Source: Parvularcula marina (GTDB taxonomy: Bacteria; Pseudomonadota; Alphaproteobacteria; Caulobacterales; Parvularculaceae). From it: a stretch of DNA of 64,000 nt. Every line of letters starts with the position of its first letter. Positions within the stretch are counted from its first letter, which is position 1. Location of the stretch: NCBI RefSeq assembly GCF_003399445.1, contig NZ_QUQO01000002.1:316290-380289 (forward strand), given 5' to 3'. The translations under genes and the position numbers were made by a program. Below, one piece after another: positions 1 through 9,105 of this stretch. The notes beneath the pieces were generated by a model that had not been told where the DNA came from, did no database searches, and was given only the letters and a program-made list of their open reading frames with translations.

Positions 1-301
1 CGAAGGCGGATGGCAGCGGCGGCCCGTGCCTAGTGAGGCGCGGCTTGATGATGAAATCTTCCTGACCCTGATGGCTGGCGAGGAGTTCGACCTGCCCGAA
101 GAGGAAGAGAGCGGCGAGCTTCTTTTCCGCAACCGCAATGGCGAGGCGCAGATCCGCACTGAAAAGATCCGCCCGGCGGTCATCTTCAATCCAGCCGGAG
201 ACCAGACGCCTTTTACATTACGGGTCAGTGATCGCGAGGATGCGTATCTTCTTGATGTGACCGCCCTCAATGGCAGGGAGGTGCGCCATGCGTCAGAGTG
301 A
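1..301 (+). CDS. gspH: Type II secretion pseudopilin GspH, C-terminal fragment; 5' end lies outside the window
   Basis: The frame is open from the window edge. It sits immediately upstream of gspI, gspJ and gspK, with its stop overlapping the gspI start. Assignment rests on position only. Confidence 0.45.
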   Translation, partial: EGGWQRRPVPSEARLDDEIFLTLMAGEEFDLPEEEESGELLFRNRNGEAQIRTEKIRPAVIFNPAGDQTPFTLRVSDREDAYLLDVTALNGREVRHASE

Positions 302-659
302 GCGCGGGCTGACCCTGATCGAAGTCTTGGTCGCGATCCTGATCCTCGGGACGGCGGTCGCCTCCCTTCTTGCCCTGACGGGCCAGCAGACCCGCAATGC
401 CGATGCCCTGCGTGAGAACATGCTGGCGCGCATCACGGCTGAGAATATCATGGTCGCAACCGTGCTAGCAGAGGACCGCAACCAGCGGGATGATCAGGGA
501 ACGGCGGAAATTGCGGGCCGCTCTTATGACTGGCAGGTGATCCGCCGCGAGGGACCGCTTGAAGGGCTTGAGATCCTGACCGTTGAGATCAGTGATCCGG
601 CGCAGGACGGCCGCGTACTGGCGACGATGGGGACGCTGAACCCGGAGACGGGGCCATGA
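288..659 (+). CDS. gspI: Type II secretion minor pseudopilin GspI
   Basis: N-terminus is GLTLIEVLVAILILG, the type IV pilin-like prepilin cleavage/methylation motif followed by a hydrophobic helix. Length is ~120 aa and it sits in gsp operon order. Confidence 0.8.
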   Translation: MRQSERGLTLIEVLVAILILGTAVASLLALTGQQTRNADALRENMLARITAENIMVATVLAEDRNQRDDQGTAEIAGRSYDWQVIRREGPLEGLEILTVEISDPAQDGRVLATMGTLNPETGP

Positions 660-1288
660 GGCGGGTGGAACGCGGCTTTACCCTGGTCGAAGTGCTGATC
701 GCGCTCGGCGTCTTTGCGATCCTGAGCGCTGTCTCGGTCGGGATCATCCGCCTTGCGACCAATGCGCAGGAACAGGCCGAGGATGTTGCGGGCAGTATCG
801 CCCGGATTGAACGGGCGCGCTCAATCATCCGTATGGATATGCTGCAGATCGTGGATCGCCGTTATCGCCCTGCGGGCACTAATGGACAGGTTGCGGCCTT
901 TACTGGCGGGGCGCCCGCTAAGCAGGCGATCCTGACTAGAGAGGATGAGGAAGAGATCCTTCTCGCCTTTGTGCGCAATGGCTGGGCCAATCCCGATTAC
1001 CGCCAGCCGCGCGCTTCGCTCCAGCAGGTGACCTATCTTGTGCGCGACGGCGCGCTGATCCGCCGTGTACAGCCCTTTATCGACGCTGTTGAGGACACGC
1101 CCTATCGCGACCAGCTCCTGTTTGACGGCGTCACCGGCGTGCAGATCGGCTTTTACGGGCCGAGCGGCTGGGTCGAGGACTGGGGTGCAGGCAGCCAGTC
1201 GACGCCGCCGCCCGCGATTCGGCTCTCCTTCACTGATCCTGAATTCGGCGCGCTGACGCAGGATTTCCTCGTGGGAGGTGGGCGATGA
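656..1288 (+). CDS. gspJ: Type II secretion minor pseudopilin GspJ
   Basis: N-terminus is GFTLVEVLIALGVFAIL, a prepilin motif. Length is ~210 aa. The start is an ATGA overlap with gspI. Confidence 0.8.
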   Translation: MRRVERGFTLVEVLIALGVFAILSAVSVGIIRLATNAQEQAEDVAGSIARIERARSIIRMDMLQIVDRRYRPAGTNGQVAAFTGGAPAKQAILTREDEEEILLAFVRNGWANPDYRQPRASLQQVTYLVRDGALIRRVQPFIDAVEDTPYRDQLLFDGVTGVQIGFYGPSGWVEDWGAGSQSTPPPAIRLSFTDPEFGALTQDFLVGGGR

Positions 1289-2274
1289 GACATCTCCACC
1301 AACAGCGCGGCGCGGCGCTCCTCGTCGTTCTCGTCCTTGTCTTCAGCCTCGCGACAATTGCGGTCGCGATCACTTCCTTCACGGACCGGGCAACCCGGCA
1401 AGTGGCCGGCGCACAGACGCGGGACCGTGCCTATTGGGCGATACTGGGGGCGGAGCGGGCGGCGCTCTTGCTTCTGGAAGCGCAGGCACTTGAGCGCGAG
1501 AATGTCGATCTGCCCACGGAGCGGTGGCTCTCGGCGCCCTTCACTCTGCCATTTGAGGGCGCGGTGATTGAGGCGCGGTTCCGCGATGTCTCGGCCTGTT
1601 TCAACGTCAATGAGTTTGTCGAGAATGCCGACGGCCGCCTGCGGACAAATGAGCCGGCAGTGATCCGCTTCGGCCAATTGATCGCGCAGATGGGCGGCGA
1701 TCCCCGGGGCGGGGAGACGCTGGGTACCGCAGCGGCGGATTTCATGGACAGTGACGGGGATGCAGGACCCGGCGGGGCGGAGGATTACGCCTATACGCGC
1801 GGGGATGCGCCCTACCGGACAGCGGGCACGCAAATAGCCGATCTCTCCGAATTACGCGCCGTCCGGGGGTGGAGTGCGGAACTGATGGAAGGGCTCGCGC
1901 CGATCCTCTGTGCCCGGCAGTCTGGCGAGACCGGGCGGATCAACCTCAATACGCTGACCGGGGCCGATGCGCCGGTCCTCACCAATGCGCTTGATGACCG
2001 GATCCCGGTCGGGCAGGCCGAGCGACTGATCAGCGAACGCCCACCTGACGGCTATGAAAGCGTCGAGCAGTTCACCAGCCTGCCGGTCTTTGAAAATCTT
2101 GATCCGCCACTCGAAGGGGATGTCACCGACCGCCTCTCGACCGAGGCGACGCTGATCGAGCTGAGGACGCTGATCCGTCATGACGGCGTCGAATTTGAGT
2201 TGACCTCTCTTATCGAAAAAGGAACGGGCTCGGGGTATAGGGTCGTATCCCGGCGGTTTGGGTCAGAGAATTGA
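1285..2274 (+). CDS. gspK: Type II secretion minor pseudopilin GspK
   Basis: N-terminus is RGAALLVVLVLVFSLATIAV. Length is ~330 aa. It overlaps gspJ in an ATGA arrangement and sits between gspJ and gspL. Confidence 0.75.
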   Translation: MRHLHQQRGAALLVVLVLVFSLATIAVAITSFTDRATRQVAGAQTRDRAYWAILGAERAALLLLEAQALERENVDLPTERWLSAPFTLPFEGAVIEARFRDVSACFNVNEFVENADGRLRTNEPAVIRFGQLIAQMGGDPRGGETLGTAAADFMDSDGDAGPGGAEDYAYTRGDAPYRTAGTQIADLSELRAVRGWSAELMEGLAPILCARQSGETGRINLNTLTGADAPVLTNALDDRIPVGQAERLISERPPDGYESVEQFTSLPVFENLDPPLEGDVTDRLSTEATLIELRTLIRHDGVEFELTSLIEKGTGSGYRVVSRRFGSEN

Positions 2275-2275
2275 T

Positions 2276-3439
2276 ATGAAACGACTTCTTCTGCTGACAG
2301 GCGAGACGCCCACAGACCCCGTCCTCTGGTGGCGGGGCAGTGAAGACGGCCCCTCCGACAGCGGGGTTGCCGAGGAAGGCCTGACGGGGGTGCCCGGAGC
2401 GCTGCTCGGGAGCCCGCAGATCGCTGTCATCCTGCCCGGGGAGCTCGCCGCAACACGCCGCCTGCACCTGCCCGTCAATCGCGATGCCGCGCTTGAGGCC
2501 GCCGCCCGGCTTGCTTTTGAGGATGTGCTTGCAGCGCCTGCGGATGAATTCCACTTTGCCTTCGGGTCAACCGAAGCCGATGGCAAGCGCACGGTCTCTG
2601 CCGTGCCGCGCGACTGGATGGCGGGCTGGGTTTCTGCCCTCGATGAAGCGGGGATCGAAGCTGACATTGTGACCATCGACCATCTTGCGATTTGTGCTGA
2701 GGGCGGACGATATGCCGTCCTTCAGGAAGGCACCCGCGTCATCATGCGCCTGCCCGAAGGCGGGATGTCAATGACAGCGGAGTTTGCGGCAGCCCTCATC
2801 CCCTCGCTCGATGGGGTGGAAGACGCACAGCATATCAGTGTTGGCCGCGCCGAGGAGAAAGCCCTTGTGCTGACGGATCGGCGGGCGCTGGGCGCCTATT
2901 ATGCCGCCTCGATTGAACGTGAGATGCCGCCGAGTCTCTTGCGCGGCACCTATCGGCGGCGGCGCGACTGGTCAGGACTTGTCCGCCAGTGGCGGCATGT
3001 CGGCGCGCTGGCTGCGGCCTGCATGGTCGTCTGGCTCGCCGGGATGCTGAGCGACGGGCTCCGCCATGGCGCAGCAGCCAGCAATCTCGAAGACGAGGCT
3101 ATCGAGCTCTTCACCCAAGCCTATCCCAACACGCCTGTGCGCGATCTGTCGCGTCAGGCGGCATCGCGGGCGCGGGCCGGGGTCACGCCGATGTTCCTTC
3201 CACTGAGCGCCGAGCTGACCGCTGCAATGGAAGACACGGTCTCCGTCGAGCTGACTGCGATCAGCTATACCGCTGGTGAAGGGCTTATCGCCGATCTGCG
3301 CTTTCCCGAGGCGGCCTCGCTCGAAGCCTTGCGCCAGCGGCTTGAGGCACGCGGGGTTGAGACCCGCGAGGGCGGCAATATCAGGCGCGAGGAAGATGGC
3401 CGCTATGCCGGGCAGCTCCTGTTGGGAGGCATCCAATGA
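2276..3439 (+). CDS. gspL: Type II secretion inner-membrane protein GspL
   Basis: About 388 aa with an internal TM segment (WRHVGALAAACMVVWLAGML). Operon position is K-L-M. The ATG at 2276 lies just after the gspK stop. Confidence 0.7.
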   Translation: MKRLLLLTGETPTDPVLWWRGSEDGPSDSGVAEEGLTGVPGALLGSPQIAVILPGELAATRRLHLPVNRDAALEAAARLAFEDVLAAPADEFHFAFGSTEADGKRTVSAVPRDWMAGWVSALDEAGIEADIVTIDHLAICAEGGRYAVLQEGTRVIMRLPEGGMSMTAEFAAALIPSLDGVEDAQHISVGRAEEKALVLTDRRALGAYYAASIEREMPPSLLRGTYRRRRDWSGLVRQWRHVGALAAACMVVWLAGMLSDGLRHGAAASNLEDEAIELFTQAYPNTPVRDLSRQAASRARAGVTPMFLPLSAELTAAMEDTVSVELTAISYTAGEGLIADLRFPEAASLEALRQRLEARGVETREGGNIRREEDGRYAGQLLLGGIQ

Positions 3440-3888
3440 CCGCATGGTGGAATGATCTGAGCGCGCGCGAGCGCCAGCTCCTGATGATCGGCGGGGCGGT
3501 GGTTGCTTTCGCTGTTCTCTTCTTTTTGATTATCCGTCCCCTGACCACCTATCGGCAGAATGCCATGCTGGATTATGACCGCGCGGTCTCGACTTATCGT
3601 CAGGTGACGATTGCGGCGGCGGCCCCGCAGGAGGACGCACTTGACCCTGCGGCCTTGCGGTCGGTCATCACGTCGAGCGCGCAGGCGAGAGGCATCGTCA
3701 TCAACCGGATTTCCTCGCAAGGCGCGGTGCTTGATGTGTCGATTGCCGGCACATCGCCCGCGCGTCTTTACGGCTGGATTGCCGGGCTTGAGGCGCAGCA
3801 CAATGTGCATGTCCAGAGCGCCCAGCTTCGTCCGTCCAGTGAGAATGGCGTGACCGCGCGGCTGACGCTGATGAGCGGAGGAGCGTGA
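3436..3888 (+). CDS. gspM: Type II secretion protein GspM
   Basis: 150 aa with an N-terminal TM helix (LLMIGGAVVAFAVLFFLI). It overlaps gspL in an ATGA arrangement. Confidence 0.7.
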   Translation: MTAWWNDLSARERQLLMIGGAVVAFAVLFFLIIRPLTTYRQNAMLDYDRAVSTYRQVTIAAAAPQEDALDPAALRSVITSSAQARGIVINRISSQGAVLDVSIAGTSPARLYGWIAGLEAQHNVHVQSAQLRPSSENGVTARLTLMSGGA

Positions 3889-3891
3889 AAC

Positions 3892-4614
3892 ATGTTCCGC
3901 TGGGTTGCCCTTTTTGGTTTGAGTGCGGTCGTTGCGGCGGTGGCGATGTTTCCGCTCAATCTTGCGTTGCTTCTGAGTGCGGCACCGGTTGAGGCGCAGA
4001 AAGTGACGGGCACGGTCTGGAAGGGCCGAATCGAGGGCGCAAGCACGCAAGGCTACCAGCTTGGTGACATCGATGTCTCGGCAAGGCTGCTGCCGCTCCT
4101 GACGGGGCGGCTTCAGGCGGCAGTGAAGATCGACGGGCCGATTGCGCGCGGGGACGCGATCGTGACCGCGCGGCCCGGTGCGCTGCGGTTTGATGAGACC
4201 GATGCGCGAGTGAATATCGCGGCGCTCCGGCTGAAGGATGCGTTCGGTGCTCCGATGAGCGGCATGGTCGATTTCAAAACCGATGAGCTCGTGCTTACCG
4301 AAGACGGCCGCTGTCTTGGTGGGGAGGTCAGCCTGTCGACTGACACGCTCCAGCGCAGCGCGGTCCACTATGGCGGGCAGGGCTTCTCGCTCGCCGGTGA
4401 GGGCGCGTGCACGGATGAGGTGCTGATCCTGCCGCTGAGCGGAGAGGGGCCGGAGGGGCAGGCGGAGGTGACGATCCGGGTGTCCCGCTCAGGCTATCAG
4501 ACCGAACTCGTGATCGAGCCGAAAGATCAACAGCTTGCAGCGGCTCTATCTGCCTATGGCTTTGAGGAGCGAGGCGGGCGATATTCGCTTATCCAGCGGG
4601 GAGATGTCTTCTGA
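3892..4614 (+). CDS. gspN: Type II secretion protein GspN
   Basis: 240 aa with an N-terminal TM or signal segment. It follows gspM by 3 bp and is the last gene of the gsp block. Confidence 0.6.
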   Translation: MFRWVALFGLSAVVAAVAMFPLNLALLLSAAPVEAQKVTGTVWKGRIEGASTQGYQLGDIDVSARLLPLLTGRLQAAVKIDGPIARGDAIVTARPGALRFDETDARVNIAALRLKDAFGAPMSGMVDFKTDELVLTEDGRCLGGEVSLSTDTLQRSAVHYGGQGFSLAGEGACTDEVLILPLSGEGPEGQAEVTIRVSRSGYQTELVIEPKDQQLAAALSAYGFEERGGRYSLIQRGDVF

Positions 4615-5129
4615 TGATCCATGCACGCCTTTTGTTGTTGATGACCGGCGCAGCGGTGCTCGCAGCCTGCGAAACAGCGCCTGAACCCGATGCGGCAGCC
4701 GCGATCGAACGCGCTAAACCCGTCGTTCAGGTCAGTGTGGATACCGAAGCCCCCGATCCGGGCGCGCTGGGCAGCTATTCCATCCCGAGCGGGCGCTGCG
4801 GCATGGTCCTCTGGGCGAGAGCCGGGACCGAGACCGTGCCGATCTTCCAGGCGCTTGATGACGGCAATGGCCTGATGGAAATCGATGGCCGCCGGACGGG
4901 GCTGTCACGGCAATCTGTCAGAGGACAGGCGCGGGCAAAAATGCCGCAAATTCAAGAGTTTTCCGCCCACAGCGCAGATGGCTCCCTGATCACTGTCGAG
5001 GCAGAGACAGTCTGGGGCACGTCATTTCCCGGCGGCTCATATGTCGAGCGCGGTACGCTGACCCTGACCGGTGCGGATGGCTGGCAGCGAGTCATGCCAG
5101 TGGCAGGCATTGCGGGCTGCAAAGCATAA
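4614..5129 (+). CDS. Lipoprotein, function unknown
   Basis: Signal peptide with lipobox (LAACE). It overlaps the gspN stop in a TGATG arrangement. Confidence 0.5.
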   Translation: MIHARLLLLMTGAAVLAACETAPEPDAAAAIERAKPVVQVSVDTEAPDPGALGSYSIPSGRCGMVLWARAGTETVPIFQALDDGNGLMEIDGRRTGLSRQSVRGQARAKMPQIQEFSAHSADGSLITVEAETVWGTSFPGGSYVERGTLTLTGADGWQRVMPVAGIAGCKA

Positions 5130-5195
5130 GCTTCTCACTGTTGCTCCGACCGTCATTTCCTTTCATGGTGCGCCCAGAGGGCAAAGGGTGAATAC

Positions 5196-6209
5196 ATGGC
5201 GCCGCACGCGCATCAATGTAGCCATCACGCGCATCATCATGATGCCGGGACGGCGGGAATGGATGATTCCCGCCGGTTGATCTTTGCGCTTCTGATTATC
5301 GTCGGATTTGCCGTTGTCGAGATTGTCGGGGCGTTGCTTTCGGGCTCGCTCGCTCTCTTGGCAGATGCGGGTCACATGGTGACCGACGGCACGGCCATCG
5401 GGCTGGCGCTGGTCGCGCGACATTTCGCCGGGCGCTCACCAACAGCGGCTTTCCCCTTCGGTCAACACCGGGCGCAGGTTCTGGCCGCGTTTGTGAATGG
5501 GCTGGCGCTCTTTGCCCTGATCGCCTTCCTCCTGCATGAGAGCTTCCAGCGGTTCAGTAATCCGCAGACGATCGATGTGCCGATCATGCTGTCCGTTGCT
5601 GTGCTCGGCCTGCTCGCCAATTTCGCGGCCTTCGCTGTCCTGCATCGCGGGAATTCGAATGATGTGAATATGCGCGGCGCGATCCTGCATGTGATCGGCG
5701 ATATTCTGGGCTCGGTCGCCGCCATCGTCTCGGCTATCGTGATCATGACAACGGGCTGGCTCGCCGCCGACCCGCTGGTGACACTGCTAGTCTGTGCGCT
5801 GATTGCCCGTTCGGCCTGGCGGCTGGTTCGGGAGACCTCGGTCGTCCTTCTCGAAGGCGCGCCTGAGGGGCTCGATCGTGAAGATATTCGTCGCCACATC
5901 GAGGCGATCCGTCATGTCGTCAATGTGCATGACATCAAGGTGTGGATGCTGACCCCGGAGCATCGTCAGGTGACGATGCATGTGCAGGTCGATGATCCGC
6001 TTTTCGCCGATGAGACGCTGCGCGCTGTCAAAACGACGCTGAAGGCGGAATTCTCAATCGAACAGTCAACGATCCAGATGGAGACCTGCACAGTCATGAC
6101 GCGTCCGTCCGAACAGGATACGCTGCGCTTTGACTGCCCGGATATGCCAACCAAGCGGGCCACCCAGACCCATGAGTCTGAGCGGCCGGAAGTCAGCAGG
6201 CTGCATTAA
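5196..6209 (+). CDS. Cation diffusion facilitator (CzcD/ZitB-like) metal efflux transporter
   Basis: His-rich N-terminus (HAHQCSHHAHHHD), six TM helices, and a C-terminal cytoplasmic domain in the CDF arrangement. Confidence 0.8.
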   Translation: MAPHAHQCSHHAHHHDAGTAGMDDSRRLIFALLIIVGFAVVEIVGALLSGSLALLADAGHMVTDGTAIGLALVARHFAGRSPTAAFPFGQHRAQVLAAFVNGLALFALIAFLLHESFQRFSNPQTIDVPIMLSVAVLGLLANFAAFAVLHRGNSNDVNMRGAILHVIGDILGSVAAIVSAIVIMTTGWLAADPLVTLLVCALIARSAWRLVRETSVVLLEGAPEGLDREDIRRHIEAIRHVVNVHDIKVWMLTPEHRQVTMHVQVDDPLFADETLRAVKTTLKAEFSIEQSTIQMETCTVMTRPSEQDTLRFDCPDMPTKRATQTHESERPEVSRLH

Positions 6210-6214
6210 GCCTT

Positions 6215-6786
6215 TCAGGCGCGGGCGCAGAGCATCCGTTCACAAGCCGCCGGCATCACTTCCTCCGGCGAGGACACGACGATCAGGTCTTCCTTGAGTT
6301 CCTTTGCCGCAAAGCCCTCATCCACGACGTGATGGAGCAGCTTTACCAGCGGATCCCAATAGCCTTTGACGTTGCAAAGGATCAGTGGCTTGCGGTGCAG
6401 GTCGAGCCGTACCCATGACAGAAGCTCGATGATCTCTTCGAGCGTGCCGATGCCGCCGGGCAGGACGCAGAACGCATCGCTCTCTTCGAACATGCGCATT
6501 TTACGCTCATGCATCGAGTCGACTTCGATGTGATCGACGCCTTCTAGGACGCCTTCGACGGAGACGAGGAATTTCGGAATGACGCCGAAAACATCGCCGC
6601 CAAGGTCACGCACAGTGCCGGCGGTGATGCCCATCAGGCCGAGTTTGCCGCCCCCGTAAACGAGGCGGGTACCTGTCTCAGCGAGGGACTCGCCAAGCTT
6701 TTTTGCGGTTTCGGCGTAGATGCTGTCATCGCCCGCCCGTGAACCGCAGTAAACGCAAAGGGATTTAATCGGGCTTTTGGTCAAAG
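6215..6786 (-). CDS. LOG family protein (cytokinin riboside 5'-monophosphate phosphoribohydrolase-like, TIGR00730)
   Basis: Motifs CVYCGS and PGGIGTLEE of the LOG/lysine decarboxylase-like family. The likely start is TTG at 6786, preceded by a GGAGGAG Shine-Dalgarno sequence. The 379-aa ORF in the track is a spurious 5' extension. Confidence 0.75.
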
Positions 6787-6868
6787 GGTTTCTCCTCCTG
6801 GCACCGTACACACTGACGTGCGCCGGCGTTCTATGGTAGTTCTTACCTGAAGCAATTTCGGAGCCATC

Positions 6869-7873
6869 ATGCGCGACACGGTTATCGCCTTTATTGTTAT
6901 TGTCATCATGGTGATCGCGGCGCTCGTCTACTGGCAGAGCAAGAAAGAGCCGGATGTGCCGGACGAAGGCCCGGTTGTGACAGATGGGAGCGGCACGCCT
7001 GAAAGTGAAGAGGCTGCCCCCGAAGCTGTCGCCCTGCCGCGTTTTGACATCATCCGCGTCACCCGTGAGGGCTATGCAACCATCGCCGGCGAGGCTGAAC
7101 CCGGCGCTAGCGTCGAGCTGCTTGCCAATGGCGAGGTCATCGAGACGGTGACGGCGGAACGCGACGGTAATTTCGTGATCATCGTCGAGGATGCGCTGGC
7201 GCAGGGCGCAGTCGAGTTCAAACTTCGCATGACGACGCCGGACGGCATGGTTGTGACGGGGGCTGAGACGATCATCGTCTATGTGCCCGAACGCGATGGC
7301 GACCTGCCGGTGGTCCTGCGCACGACACCGGGCGGGGCAACGGAGATCCTGCAACGCGCGACCGATCCTGACCCAGCGCTTGGTCCGTTGACGATTGATA
7401 CGATCGATTATGATGCGGCGGGTAATGCGATCTTCTCAGGCCGGGCGGAGCCTGACTCGGTCGTCCAGATTTTTGCCAACAACAATCCGGTCGGCGAGAC
7501 GACAAGCGATGGCGCCGGGCGCTGGACCCTGTCAACGACGATCCCGCCAGGGCGTTACACGCTGCTGATTGTGCAGCTTGGGGAGGATGGCGCGCCGAAA
7601 TACGCGATCGAAGTTCCCTTCGAGCAGGCGCGGCCCGAGAATATCGTCCTGAAAGACGGCGCGGTGATCGTGCAGCCGGGCAACTCGCTCTGGGTGATTG
7701 CCCGCAAGGTCTACGGCGAAGGCGAGCAGTATACGATCATTTACGGGGCCAATGCCGACCAGATCCGCGACCCTGACCTCATCTATCCGGGGCAAGTCTT
7801 CCAGCTTCCTGAAGATGAAGACGAGGAAGAAGAGGACACAAGCGAGGAAGCGCAAATGGGTAAGCGCGGCTAA
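6869..7873 (+). CDS. LysM domain-containing membrane-anchored protein
   Basis: N-terminal TM helix, an acidic linker, and a C-terminal LysM-like segment (IVQPGNSLWVIARKVYGEGEQYTIIYGAN...IYPGQVFQLP). Confidence 0.65.
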   Translation: MRDTVIAFIVIVIMVIAALVYWQSKKEPDVPDEGPVVTDGSGTPESEEAAPEAVALPRFDIIRVTREGYATIAGEAEPGASVELLANGEVIETVTAERDGNFVIIVEDALAQGAVEFKLRMTTPDGMVVTGAETIIVYVPERDGDLPVVLRTTPGGATEILQRATDPDPALGPLTIDTIDYDAAGNAIFSGRAEPDSVVQIFANNNPVGETTSDGAGRWTLSTTIPPGRYTLLIVQLGEDGAPKYAIEVPFEQARPENIVLKDGAVIVQPGNSLWVIARKVYGEGEQYTIIYGANADQIRDPDLIYPGQVFQLPEDEDEEEEDTSEEAQMGKRG

Positions 7874-7878
7874 GGGCC

Positions 7879-8295
7879 ATGCAGCAATTCACTTGCGATT
7901 TCGCAATCGGCACCAAGGGGCCGGGGCTCTTTGTCTTCACCCGTGATGTGGCGTCATGGGTGGCGGATTGTGGGGTGGAAGAGGGGCTGCTGACGCTTTT
8001 CATTCAGCACACCTCTGCCTCGCTAACGGTACAGGAAAATGCCGATCCCGATGTGCTGGCAGACCTGAAGGACTTCTTCGCCGATCTCGCACCACGCACG
8101 CGAGCCTATCGTCATGATGCGGAAGGCCCCGATGACATGCCGGCGCATATCCGCTCGGCTCTGACCCAGACGAACCTTTCGATCCCCGTGCGCAACGGGC
8201 GCATGGCGCTGGGGACGTGGCAGGGGATTTATGTATTTGAGCACCGCGACCATCCGCACAGGCGGACCGTCACGGCGCATCTGATAGGGAAATAA
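7879..8295 (+). CDS. yjbQ: YjbQ/UPF0047 family secondary thiamine-phosphate synthase
   Basis: 138 aa with the conserved LTLFIQHTSASL and GTWQGIY motifs of the YjbQ family. Confidence 0.8.
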   Translation: MQQFTCDFAIGTKGPGLFVFTRDVASWVADCGVEEGLLTLFIQHTSASLTVQENADPDVLADLKDFFADLAPRTRAYRHDAEGPDDMPAHIRSALTQTNLSIPVRNGRMALGTWQGIYVFEHRDHPHRRTVTAHLIGK

Positions 8296-8297
8296 TC

Positions 8298-8322
8298 TCC
8301 CTCTCCCCTTTGGGGAGAGGGA
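8298..8322. terminator. Bidirectional hairpin between convergent yjbQ and fsa
   Basis: An 11-bp perfect stem (TCCCTCTCCCC / GGGGAGAGGGA) with a TTT loop, located between two convergent stop codons. Confidence 0.5.
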
Positions 8323-8332
8323 TGAGTAGCAT

Positions 8333-8986
8333 TTACAGAATCGACTGGCCTGTCGATGCCCAGTCCTTCTCAAAAGCTGCAAGGCCTTTATCTGTCAGCG
8401 GATGGCCAAGAAGGGCGTTGAAGACTTTCGGCGGGATGGTCGCGACATCGGCGCCCATGAGGGCTGCGTCTTTCACATGGCTCACGCCGCGGATCGAGGC
8501 GGCGAGGACTTCTGTCTCATAGTCATGCATGTCGTAGAGCGCGCGGATCTCTGCGATCAGCTCCATGCCGTCCTGACCCAGATCATCGAGACGGCCGATG
8601 AAAGGCGAGATATAGGTCGCGCCCGCTTTTGCCGCGAGCCAAGCCTGGTTCGCTGTAAAGCAAAGCGTCACATTAGTCCGAATGCCTTCTTCGGTGAGAT
8701 CCTGGCAGGTCTTCAGCCCGTCCCAAGTGAGAGGCAGTTTGACGACCACATTGCGCGCGATGTCGGCGAGGACTTTGCCTTCCTTCACCATGGTTTCGTA
8801 ATCGGTCGAGGCGACTTCGGCGGAGACCGGTCCGTCGGTCATGTCGCAGATCGCGGCGATGACTTCCTTGAAGTCGCGGCCTGACTTGGCGATCAGCGAG
8901 GGGTTGGTCGTCACGCCATCCACGAGCCCGGTGGCAAAGGCCGCCTTGAGTTCGTCGGTTTCGGCAGTGTCGATGAAGATTTTCAT
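8333..8986 (-). CDS. fsa: Fructose-6-phosphate aldolase / transaldolase (Fsa/TalC-type)
   Basis: 217 aa from MKIFIDTA...TTNPSL; the Schiff-base Lys region is conserved. The 305-aa track ORF is a 5' extension. Confidence 0.8.
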   Translation of the reverse strand: MKIFIDTAETDELKAAFATGLVDGVTTNPSLIAKSGRDFKEVIAAICDMTDGPVSAEVASTDYETMVKEGKVLADIARNVVVKLPLTWDGLKTCQDLTEEGIRTNVTLCFTANQAWLAAKAGATYISPFIGRLDDLGQDGMELIAEIRALYDMHDYETEVLAASIRGVSHVKDAALMGADVATIPPKVFNALLGHPLTDKGLAAFEKDWASTGQSIL

Positions 8987-9105
8987 GTTTATATTCCCTG
9001 TTAGCGCTATCACCCTACCGCATTTTGGCTGTCCGCTCAAAGGCACGGCATTGCCATTTCGCGGCGGGACACGGCATGGTCGGCCTTTAGAAGAGGGAAT
9101 GGGCC

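Noticed and set aside
1153-1833. 226-aa minus-strand ORF
   Set aside because: It is antisense to gspJ and gspK, which have clear prepilin motifs.
3403-4368. 321-aa minus-strand ORF rich in Arg/His/Pro
   Set aside because: It is antisense to gspM and gspN, and its composition is the typical Arg/Pro-rich signature of reverse-frame GC-rich DNA.
6787-7354. N-terminal 190 aa of a 379-aa minus-strand ORF upstream of the LOG domain
   Set aside because: It overlaps the LysM gene on the opposite strand and has no LOG homology. The Shine-Dalgarno sequence and TTG at 6786 give a canonical-length LOG protein.
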